Below, piece after piece: positions 1-9,275 of a DNA stretch of 64,000 nt. The notes under the pieces were generated by a model. The model was not told the origin of the DNA, did not search any database, and worked only from the letters and a program-made list of their open reading frames with translations. Source of the stretch: Giardia intestinalis (lineage: Eukaryota); NCBI GenBank assembly GCA_000002435.2, contig CM018793.1; one strand, written 5' to 3'. Every line of letters starts with the position of its first letter. Positions within the stretch are counted from its first letter, which is position 1. The translations under genes and the position numbers were made by a program.

Positions 1-514
1 TTTCTGGAGCTGCACATACTACACAATTCTCGATACCTTTATACGTGTTACCGCCATTAACCTGCACTCCAGTTGTATCACTGCACGATATGCAGGAATC
101 TGTCGTGTCGGCCGCCTCTGGGCTTTTGAAGAATCCCCCAGTAGCATTACATTCTGTGCAAACGCCAGCAACAGCATTACGCCCTCCAGGTGAAGCAGCT
201 TGATCGTTGCAGATGAGGAGTGCGACATCACTGCCAAGTTGATAGCATCCACCCTTGTACATGAAGTATGTGTTCTCACATTTTCCACATGTCTTATCGT
301 CAACAAGCTCATTACCGTTAACTTTCTTGCATTTATCAGCCGCATTACCTTTTGGTGTACACTCCCCATTGATAGGAACGTTTCCATTTGTCGCGCATTC
401 TGTACAAATTTCAGTGCCGCCAACCATCTCACACTTACCTGCTGCACAATTTTGTACTTGCTTACATTGTGCCGCAAGGGCGCTCAGCCCAAGATAGAAA
501 GCTATCAGCAACAT
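1..514 (-). CDS. Cysteine-rich secreted or surface protein, VSP/HCMP-like; 3' end lies beyond the window edge
   Basis: Manual reverse-complement translation from the ATG at 514-512 gives MLLIAFYLGLSALAAQCKQVQNCAAGKCEMVGGTEICTECATNG...YKGGCYQLGSD...CISCSDTTG...CVVCAAPE. This shows an N-terminal signal peptide, repeated CXXC motifs and a GGCY motif. These are the hallmarks of Giardia variant-specific surface proteins and high-cysteine membrane proteins. The frame stays open to position 1, so it is absent from the ORF track, which lists only closed ORFs. The track ORF at 19..477 (-) is an out-of-frame artefact of this gene. Confidence 0.6.
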   Translation of the reverse strand, partial: MLLIAFYLGLSALAAQCKQVQNCAAGKCEMVGGTEICTECATNGNVPINGECTPKGNAADKCKKVNGNELVDDKTCGKCENTYFMYKGGCYQLGSDVALLICNDQAASPGGRNAVAGVCTECNATGGFFKSPEAADTTDSCISCSDTTGVQVNGGNTYKGIENCVVCAAPE

Positions 515-3500
515 TGAGATTCTTCTTAATCCACTATCAAGAATCCTACTAGCAAAGATACCCAAAGCTAAAAAGCTCCATTCGGTTATTGCTATGCTGC
601 CAGCTTAAAGAAATCCCTTTTTGATAATATTGTTGTACAAGAGATAGTTGTTAATGCCGAAAGCATCTACTAACTATAGTCTAGCACCCACCGCGGACCC
701 CTGCACAACATGCAGGGAAACAGAAAATTCAAAAATAAGTAGCAATGCTGTCCCGCGCGCATGCTGCTCCTCTACCCTGTGGCCAATCAGGGGGCGGCCC
801 GGGTGACCTCCCTGTGTTATGGGCCCACTGCTGGTTCCTCTCTTAATGTCTCTGCATTCCTGGGGAATTGGCCTCTTACGCCTTCCCTGTGCGGGTCGGG
901 CCCCTGCGGACCCCCGTGCGCAGATGATCTCTTCTCCGCCTCTATAGTATTCTCATCCCTTTGGACTATGTCTGCGACTTCTGGTTGTCATGGAGGAATC
1001 GCGCTCAAGGACAGTCCCTTGCAAGATCCCGAGAGACGGTTACAGTGGTCGCTAGGGTCCGTGGAAGTGCGAATCAGTGTAGATTAGCCTATGAGACGCT
1101 CTGGTTTGTTGGGTGTGCATGGTGCTATTTCTGGCTTTTTGTAGTGGATACTATTAAGATTCCCCATCGCATGATAAGGCGTCAGATGGTCAGAGGGCGT
1201 AGGCTAGTACTCCCAAATTTAAACAAGGAGGAAACCCTGCTCAAACTGTGCCATTTCTTGAGCTAACGGGGCAGGATTTCTATCCCCCTTCTGGATCATC
1301 CTGGTGCTATCACTACCACCACTAATGGAAGCACCTAGGAGTGCAATACCTTGAGCCTGTTAGTGTAGGGCTCTAGGTCCTCAGAGCTTCCTACATGTAG
1401 ATGCCTGTGAGGAAAGAATGGAGATCCAAGGAGGTTGTGTTGATTTGCCAGCAATTGGCCGGATGCCTGGTCCAGTACCCTCTATAGCCTCTTGTGGATA
1501 CTAGAGCAGTTGACCCCCATCTGCTGATAAGGGAATCGAATAGCATTCGTTCATGACCTTTGGTCCTAGCTGTATTTGGTCCCGAGGAGACACGCCAATC
1601 AGCCCAAGCATCCTACCTTTTGACTCACGAATCATGCCACACTGTAGGACTTGTACTGGTGCACCTTAGCATGCGTTAAATAATCCATAGAAGACCGGTA
1701 TCCTCCTGTCATATAGCTACAGGAGTCAGATAAAGCCTTACTGAGGGAACCATATCTTGCGATCCCCCGTGACCCCACTAGAGATCAAAAGAACCGATGT
1801 CTACGAGCTGATGTGAAAAATAGCAGGGTCCGACAGCATGCACCTTGAGTTGGGGATTCTATAAGCATGCACCTCTAATAAAGCTCTCAAGATCTTGTAG
1901 GAAGCTGACCTAGGTCAGTGACTGGAAGATCTTCAATGGGCAGGCGACTGCTGTGGTCTACTAGTCGCTCACCCCCTTTGTCGTGAAGGATATCTGTTAA
2001 TGTCTAGTGCTGCGGGCTGGGTGGCCCTTGTTCATCTGTGAGATTCGACTGGTGTATGTTGTAGACGAGTGACGAGATTGATATCGCCCTCTATCAGGTG
2101 GCTTTACATGAGTGGACAGACTCTGTAGTTGACCGGTTATTCCAGAAAGTCCTGCGCCTATGAGGTCACAGCCACAACCTGTATACGACAAGTAAAAGGC
2201 TCATTGGGATGAATGCTCTCTGCAGATCCCGCCGACTGTGTGGCTCATCACTGCCAAGCCTTCAAGATGGTAGCCTTGCTTGGCTGAGGCTTGCAGGTAC
2301 GAGTACAGTACAGCATCTTTCGAATCTACGGAGTCAAGCATACCTCAGACAATAAGGACAGGTGGAGACCCGAAGACAGCTAATACTAACCATGAGCTGC
2401 TCTGATCCTGTTATTCAAGAGAATAGTAGGGCCGCAGAATGGCAGGGTCCACTTTTGTGCTCTGCTCAGGGAGGCTGTGCCTTGGTGAAGGTATGCGTTA
2501 TGGCCACTATTGACTGCCCGTTGGCGGGCTATCACCTACTCTTGAGCCATTAACTAGGTTGCTGGTTGAATCAAGAAGCAACAACAGTATCATACGGACA
2601 ACGAGCAGAAAAGGCCGATGCTGATTGTATACCTCCCACGCCGAGTATACTCATTGTACAAGGCAAAGGGTCTAACGCCCTAAGTGGCCAGATGAAGCTA
2701 AGGCGCTTGTCAATAACGATATGCATACGGGCTTTAGCTGAGGGCTTGCGAGGGAATGTTGGGGAGCACAAGACTTGCCAGACTATATGAGATGCACAAT
2801 GAATGCCTACGTGGTAAACTGGTTGGCCTTTTCTTTGGTAGACAGGACCCTAGACTGTAGTGATTATTTGTATGACGTATGCCTTTGTGGGACCGATAAG
2901 AGCATTTGCATGCTAATCTGGAAAGGCCATCAGCAATGGTTGTACGAGATAGACAAGTAGAGGATAAGGGGTAGCCACGCCACTCTGGCTGATGAGCAAT
3001 CTAAACTACACAACGCGTGTGTCAATCTTTGGTCAAAGGCAGAGATGCATCTAGAATGTCACGTGGGCCGAGGACGCTGCTGATGGCTACCCGTTATGAG
3101 AAGGTGCAAGTGAGACACCTGCTAATAGCAACCACGTCGATTGGTACTGGCCTGCACAGTATATCTCTACAGTAGATCCTTGCTTGTATACGGAGAAAAG
3201 ATAAACGTCTTCGGCCTCAGACGAAACAGGTCCCAATAAATATTACACTGCTATAAGCGCATAAATCAAAAACTAGCTTCACCTGTCTGCAGACCTCGCG
3301 ATTTTTCTACACTCGAAGGCCAGAGAGACACCACAGGCGTCCCCATTGCAATCCGGATCTACAGCTTGTCTCTATAACGTCAGGCTTACCTCACTGATCT
3401 GCTAGTCGCCTTTACAGTCTTTGTGCAAACTTGCTCTCCAGGAACCACCGTGCACAAATAGCCTTTTGCGTACCTACCTAACATCTTCCTTCGTTGAAAT

Positions 3501-4669
3501 GTGGTGCCAAGGGCTAAGCATTATGAGGGGAGTGTGACCAAAAGCAAACCTCCTTGTAGTCTTGTCAGTATTAGTAGTGAGCATCCAAATGAGTGCATAG
3601 ATGCTTATCAAGTGCACTGTGATCCAGACTGCTCAGTAAGCTAGGCTCGTAGTAGGTAGTTCATGGGCCTCCGTCGCTAGCCCATGCATGAGCCGTTAGT
3701 CTCCTTGAGAGACGGTGGAGAGTTCCGTAGTCTTTCTGAATATACGGTCGTCACTATAATTGGTAGAGGAGTAGGCACAAAGACTAGAGGCTTACTTAGA
3801 GGCATCTCTAACACGACTAACTGCTATTTTCCGCTAACAACAGACAGGTTAGGCATTATGGTATTTACGCCACCTACTAGGGCGGCGCATGGCCATACAT
3901 GCATCAGCAGAGAAGCTGCTGTAATCTATGCTCAGTCTGCCGGGCAGACGCAGCTTCTCATCGCAGCAAACACGGTGACGGACAAGTCGCCAATGTAAGC
4001 CGGTCAAACTGCCCATCTCGGTACATCCATATGCAGTCGGAAGCTGTAGTACACATCTATGAAGATAACGCACCGTCTGCATGCTGTTGCCTCACTCTGT
4101 GCTAGTTATAGGGTTTAATGCCTCAGAAGTCAGGGCTAGTGTAGAATGTTCTAGAGTGTTCGTCTAGGAGACCAAGGTCGATACTGTGTGTGATGCACTC
4201 TTCAAGGAGACAGCAGCTACTGTCGTCCTTTCGGATTTTTTGGTGTCAGACAATCGGCCCCGTGGTGAGTTTACTCTTCGCAGCCTCCGTCTTCATATTG
4301 AGCCTGGCATCTGGCTGCTCAGGCTGTGGATGAAGAGGACGGTGCAGAGTATCAGTCGCTGGGCCGCCTTCTATTCGCACATTGTTCTGAGAAACAAATA
4401 GGACAGTACAGCTTCCTCTTTTGCTCTGGATGTGATGCAACCTAGCCGAGACATCTGCGCTTCTAGGGAGTGGCTGGTCAGTACCTAGAGGCATTCTGAT
4501 GGGCATGCTCACTACCGCCTGACTCTGTCCCCTCCCCGGCTACCAGGGGATGATGTCTTGAATGCATGCCCACAGAGCACTGCATAGCGATAACAAGATG
4601 GTGCTATCGCCCCTCAGGCTTCTCCAGCCTGTCTAGCAGTGTACTTCTCAGAGTCCAGTGTGGGCCTAC

Positions 4670-4689
4670 TAGTTGTATCGATACAACTA
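4670..4689. repeat. 20-bp perfect palindrome tagttgtatc|gatacaacta, centred on an ATCGAT core
   Basis: Read directly: positions 4670-4679 are the exact reverse complement of 4680-4689, and the flanking bases break the symmetry. It lies in the ORF-free stretch. Confidence 0.8.
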
Positions 4690-5282
4690 TAGATACCTTA
4701 TAGTATCACACCCGTCCAGCTCACCGTGCCCTGTCCCATCTAGAGAGCAGCCCAGCCGTGCACAGGAGCCCTTAGCTCCTATCCAGGACCTGGTCCAATG
4801 CTCAGCTGGTTCGGATTCCCTGCTACATCTTGCTGAAAGCCATGCTGAAGCCATCGACCCGGCGATTGCTCTAGGTTTACAACCCCCACACTCAGCCACC
4901 ATACACCCTTCTCCATGACAGGGAGGTTCGCTAGAGGAAGATGCTAGAGCTCTCTTGTTCCTGTCTCCTGGCCCTCCTGCTCATTCTATTGGATGCTCTC
5001 TAGACTCTTTTCTTCGAGTCCCCGCAGGCCTTCCTCAGCGGCTCACTCGTGGGAGCAGCCGCGGGTTTGTTGTCTACTGGGGACGCAGAGGGCTAGGCGT
5101 TGGACCACCGACTTCCCCATTTGGGCTTCTTCTCCCGCTGAAGTGGACGACGTTTGACTTGCGAAGTCTGGATTTGGATTTCGGTTAGTGAGTAAGCAAG
5201 AGACCTGCCCAGGGCGGCGCTGGCTCGCATGGGAGATTTTCTTGGACAGCAGCTGGCAAACCGGTTTTAGTGACGAAAGTAA

Positions 5283-5720
5283 ACCATCATTCGTGATGCT
5301 GAACAATGCGTGAAGAACGGGGCTGCCTGCAACTGGACGCCCAAGGCGAGGGGCGGAACGTGTGTGCAGAACGCCACGGGCGCATGGACGTGTCAGTGCA
5401 ACCCGGGCTACGTTGGAAGGCATTACGACCTCTGCGACAAGGGCATGACGGCTGTCGATGGGACCTGTACGCCTCACAATCTGGTGAAACTATACGCTAG
5501 CAAGAAGTGCCTGAACACCCGTCTGGCCGCCAGCGTGTGCACAGGGCACGGGGAGTGCTACAAGGACGCCTGTGTCTGCGCCGAGGGCTACCACGGGGAT
5601 CTGTGTGACTGCCGTGTGAGGAACATCGGGGCCGTGGCGGGGGTGACGGCGAGCACGGCCGTCTTCTTCGGGCTCCTCTTCCTGTCTGTGGCCAGGTGTC
5701 ATAGGACGCCCGCCCGGTAG
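5283..5720 (+). pseudogene. Start-less EGF-like/HCMP-like C-terminal fragment: EGF modules, a transmembrane helix and a short tail
   Basis: The open frame runs from the stop at 5280-5282 to the stop at 5718-5720 and reads ...CVKNGAACNWTPKARGGTCVQNATGAWTCQCNPGYVGRHYDLCDKG...CTGHGECYKDACVCAEGYHGDLCDC, followed by the hydrophobic stretch AVAGVTASTAVFFGLLFLSVA and then RCHRTPAR. There is no in-frame ATG; the track start is a GTG. The fragment begins where GC content rises sharply. Confidence 0.45.
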
Positions 5721-5773
5721 GGTGTACAAGTCCCGCACACGGCTAACCTACCCGCAGCCCAAAAAAGGACCGG

Positions 5774-7687
5774 ATGTTGCTGCTTACCTTGTCTTTCCTC
5801 TGCGCGGCATCGGCCGAGCGGGACCCGTTCAGCATCCATATGGCGTGCGAGCATGCCTTCGAGCGCTTCGTCGGCCTCTACGGGAAGGCCTACGACACGC
5901 CCGGGGACCGGCTGGAGGCGGAGCGGAACTTCTGCATGCACCTCGAGCACCTCCGGAGGCTCCGCCGGGAGGGCCACGAGCACGTCACCTTCGGGATCAC
6001 GTCCCGGATGGACCGCCACCCGCGCGCCGGCCTCCTCCCGCCCCGGTCGCTGGGGGGCGGCGAGTGGGGCGCAGTCACGGGCACATGCACACGAGATGAT
6101 AAATCGAATAAGTACACCAACTGCAACGTCGATGCATACGAGCTGGGGCCGGACCTGAAGGGAGACACTCAAGCTAATTCACAGAGTGCCAACGCTGACG
6201 ATAAGAGCAAGAAGCAGGACAGCTTCTTCCTCGTCGACGTGCGGGACATGAACGTCAACGGCAGGCAGCGGACGCTCCCCCACTCCGTCGACCTCCGCGA
6301 GGTGGGCCTCGTGACCCGCGCGAAGGACCAGGGCCTGTGCGGCTCCTGCTACGAGTTCACGACCATCGAGGTCCTCGAGAACCTGATGCTCGTCGACGCA
6401 GACCTCTACACGAGGGGGAAGTACCTCGATCCTAAGCCCTTTCCGTCGAACTACTTCTGCAACTGCTCGGCCCCTGCGAGTCAGGACGGGGACCAGAAGA
6501 GTAATGACTGCACCACAGGACTGATAACTGTTACAAATCGCACCGAACAGGACTATACCGACATCCCCGAGAACTGGAAGTCCTACAGCGCGTCCACCCT
6601 GCGCCTCTCCGTCCAGTTCCTCCTCGACAACCTCATCGGCGGGAACTACTGCAACGGGGGGAACTACTTCCGCGCCATCGCAGACTTCGTCAACAAGCTG
6701 AGCAAGCTCGCGAAGGAGTCCGAGTGCATCTACAGGGAGTACGCGACGCCCGAGAAGGCCGCCCCAGACGATGGTACTAAGTGTCAGGACACCAACATAG
6801 GAGACTTCAACCCTGCCTTCGTCTCCATGCCGATGAAGAAGAAGGGCAGCTCTTCTAATTCTGGCGCTGCAGCTACCGACGAATATGAGTATGATGTCAA
6901 TGGTGGCTCAGGCACCCCCAAGAAGTTCGGCGTCTACCAGATCCTGCGGAACGAGGGCGTGCCGGCCTCGGGGCCCATAGTCGGGGAGATGGACAAGGGG
7001 AAGTTCGCCGAGTGGGAGCGGAACGTCATGAACGTCCTGGCCCGCGGGGTCGGGGTCGCGGCGGCCATGCACACAGAGTCCGGCGTCGACACGTCGATCG
7101 ACAAGGACTACGAGTCCGTCGTCGCCTCTGCGCTGACGTTCAACCTCTACAAAGGCGGCGTCTTCCCCGACGTCAAGTGCGTGCGCGCGACCACGAACCA
7201 CCAGGTCATGCTCGTCGGCTACGGGGCGTACAAGGGCCGGCCCGTCTGGATCCTGCGCAACTCGTGGGGGACCGGCTGGGGCGTCTCGGGCTACTACTAC
7301 ATCGGCCGCGGCTCCAACTCGCTCTGCCACGAGCTGACCGTCGAGTACACGATGCCCCGCTTCTACGGGCCCGACCGCGACGGCGTCCACCCGCTCTTCC
7401 TCTCCGCGCCCGACGAGGCCCAGAAGGTCGCCATCGCAGACGCCGTCCGCGCCTCCCCGTTCAACAGCAAGATCAAGCGGTGCGTGAACGGGCTGGACAC
7501 GGTCGACGCGCACGGGGGCACGATGTGCGAGGCCCTCGAGGTCAGCGCGTGGAACTACGTCCTGGTGGGGGCCCTGGCCATCGTCATCTTCTTCCTCGGC
7601 CGGTACTGCATGCAGTACTACTTCTGCGCGCCGGAGTACATCTTCCACAGCCCCCTCAACCTGAACCTTCCGCACAAGGGCGTGTAG
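5774..7687 (+). CDS. Papain-family (C1A) cathepsin L-like cysteine protease precursor with signal peptide, I29-like propeptide, long low-complexity insert and C-terminal transmembrane anchor
   Basis: The signal peptide is MLLLTLSFLCAASA. The propeptide segment is ERFVGLYGKAYDTPGDRLEAERNF. The catalytic-Cys motif is KDQGLCGSCYEF, with Y in place of the usual W. The His motif is NHQVMLVGYG and the Asn/Trp motif is NSWGTGWG. The C-terminal hydrophobic helix is WNYVLVGALAIVIFFLGRYCM. The gene is GC3-saturated. Confidence 0.8.
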   Translation: MLLLTLSFLCAASAERDPFSIHMACEHAFERFVGLYGKAYDTPGDRLEAERNFCMHLEHLRRLRREGHEHVTFGITSRMDRHPRAGLLPPRSLGGGEWGAVTGTCTRDDKSNKYTNCNVDAYELGPDLKGDTQANSQSANADDKSKKQDSFFLVDVRDMNVNGRQRTLPHSVDLREVGLVTRAKDQGLCGSCYEFTTIEVLENLMLVDADLYTRGKYLDPKPFPSNYFCNCSAPASQDGDQKSNDCTTGLITVTNRTEQDYTDIPENWKSYSASTLRLSVQFLLDNLIGGNYCNGGNYFRAIADFVNKLSKLAKESECIYREYATPEKAAPDDGTKCQDTNIGDFNPAFVSMPMKKKGSSSNSGAAATDEYEYDVNGGSGTPKKFGVYQILRNEGVPASGPIVGEMDKGKFAEWERNVMNVLARGVGVAAAMHTESGVDTSIDKDYESVVASALTFNLYKGGVFPDVKCVRATTNHQVMLVGYGAYKGRPVWILRNSWGTGWGVSGYYYIGRGSNSLCHELTVEYTMPRFYGPDRDGVHPLFLSAPDEAQKVAIADAVRASPFNSKIKRCVNGLDTVDAHGGTMCEALEVSAWNYVLVGALAIVIFFLGRYCMQYYFCAPEYIFHSPLNLNLPHKGV

Positions 7688-7690
7688 CGC

Positions 7691-8917
7691 CTAGCGCCCG
7701 AACTCCCCGTCGTAGAGGGTGGTCAGGTAGATGTCCATGTTCTCGCTGAACCTCCGTGAGATCTCCAGTACATCGCTGTCCCCGATGGAGAAGTCGGACA
7801 GCCGCGGCCCCTCTGTGCTCCGGTAGTCGCAGAGGCTCTCCTCGTCTATGGAGACGACCCGGCTTGGATCGAAATTGACCAGCGTGTCGAACTTGTACTC
7901 GACCTCGCTCCGCTGCACTGAGATGGCGACCCCGCTGTTCAGGCCGCGCGCGCACCTTCCCACGCGGTGGGTGAGGGTGGCCAGCGACTCTGGGAGCTCG
8001 AAGTTGACCACCGAGCGAACCGCAGGAAGGTCGAGCCCACGGGCGAAGTTATCAGTTGCCAGGACGATCGTTGCAGGGTGTTCCTCGAGGGACTCGTTGG
8101 AGATGGCCGGGACAGACTCGAAGTTCGGCCTCCGGAAGACGTGCCCCTGGGCCACCAGCGTTATCCTGTACCGAAGCTCCTTGTAAACCTTGATCATCAT
8201 CAGGAACAGCAGGTGGGCGATGCGCTGCGCGGTGTGCCTGGAGTTGACGAAGACGATGCAGGGCAGGAGGGTGGTCCTCGAGTTGGTGATGGACCCGGCG
8301 GGGCTGCAGAGGAACCTGAAGACCAGGTATACGATGTCTATCTTGGAGTAGGTCCGCTTGAGCTGGACGACGAAGTGTTCGACGTTGGGCGAGAGGGCAA
8401 GGCGCGCGTGGCCCTCGTCGAAGTCCACCATGCACCCGCCGTGGAGGCCCATGTTCTCGAGCAGACTTGCCCGGTACTTCATGGTCGCAGAGAGGAAGAC
8501 AAACCTGTCCGTCGGGAGCCCAAGGCGGTGTCGCTGGGCGAAGAAGAGAGGCACGCGGAAGACGGCCGTGGAGTTCCGTTGAGCGAAGAACTCCCTGATG
8601 AGCGCCAGGAAGGACGTGTTGTCGTTGAGGAGGATGTGGTCTGCCTCGTCTATCACCACGTGCCGCAGCTTCAGGAACGAGGTTGCTCCGCGGGAGGCGA
8701 TTCCTGTGCCCGAGGCCGGCTTGACTGCCGTAAGGAGAGCAGAGACGATCCAGGGGGTGCCGCAGATGATGTACGATGTCTTGTCCTCTCCATACTCAAT
8801 GATATTTCTGAAGTCGGGAAGTTCAGAGTGTCTGAGCAGAGGCACACAGCGAACGAGACCAAGGAGCAGATGATAGACTGGCTGGAAGAACAGTGTCGCC
8901 TTGTGGATAAATGGCAA
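7691..8917 (-). pseudogene. DEAD-box RNA helicase lacking the N-terminal Q, I and Ia motifs; truncated copy or pseudogene
   Basis: The motifs appear in canonical order: Ib (IICGTPWIV), II (VVIDEADHILL), III (FLSATMK), V (ARGLDLPAVRSVVNFELP) and VI (HRVGRCARG). The track start is a TTG, immediately preceded by an in-frame TGA at 8918-8920. No GSGKT or Q-motif was found in any frame of 8918-9275 by manual translation. Its stop lies 3 nt from the cathepsin stop, in convergent orientation. Confidence 0.55.
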
Positions 8918-9275
8918 TCACAGACACCGACTATCTGCCAATACTATCTCGTCCGACACCAGCTAGACACATATGAATATAACACGCCCTTCTGGTCAGT
9001 AACAGATACTATGGAGTATCCGAAGGTCTCACTTATCAACGAGCCTTCAGATTATTTTTCGGCAGGCGATTATCTTTCTCGATTCCCTGAGGACACGGTT
9101 CAGCTGGTCGACAACAGCTAGGTAAGCTTTTTATCTTAAGAGTAGACTCAAGTGCATCGGAAGCTATAATGTTATGCAGCAAGCATTACACGTAGCTCAG
9201 CGAGGACACAGCGCTGAAAAACCGATTACTGAAGGTGACAGAGGGCAAAGTAAATCTTCGACAAAATACAATTCA

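Noticed and set aside
19-477. Track ORF 19..477 (-) of 152 aa, and the plus-strand ORFs at 200..517 and 255..497.
   Set aside because: They are out of frame with, or antisense to, the VSP-like gene. That gene's frame, with ATG at 514, gives a clean signal peptide and CXXC/GGCY motifs. These ORFs have no features of their own.
1490-1570. A 'ttcgattcc'-like string on the minus strand, considered as a tRNA T-arm.
   Set aside because: The flanking sequence cannot form a T-stem or acceptor stem, so it is not a tRNA.
5722-9121. Many long track ORFs antisense to, or out of frame with, the cathepsin and helicase. Examples are 5699..6172 (-), 5722..6099 (+), 6908..7675 (-), 7012..7749 (+), 7967..9121 (+) and 8052..8435 (-).
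   Set aside because: They translate to Arg/Pro/Gly/Ala-rich low-complexity sequence, which is typical of spurious open frames in GC3-saturated coding DNA. The co-located frames carry clear papain and DEAD-box motifs.
8918-9275. A search for a missing N-terminal helicase exon carrying the Q-motif or GSGKT in the 358 bp upstream of the helicase fragment.
   Set aside because: Manual three-frame translation of the minus strand showed stops in every frame and no helicase motif. The gene is treated as truncated rather than spliced or frameshifted.
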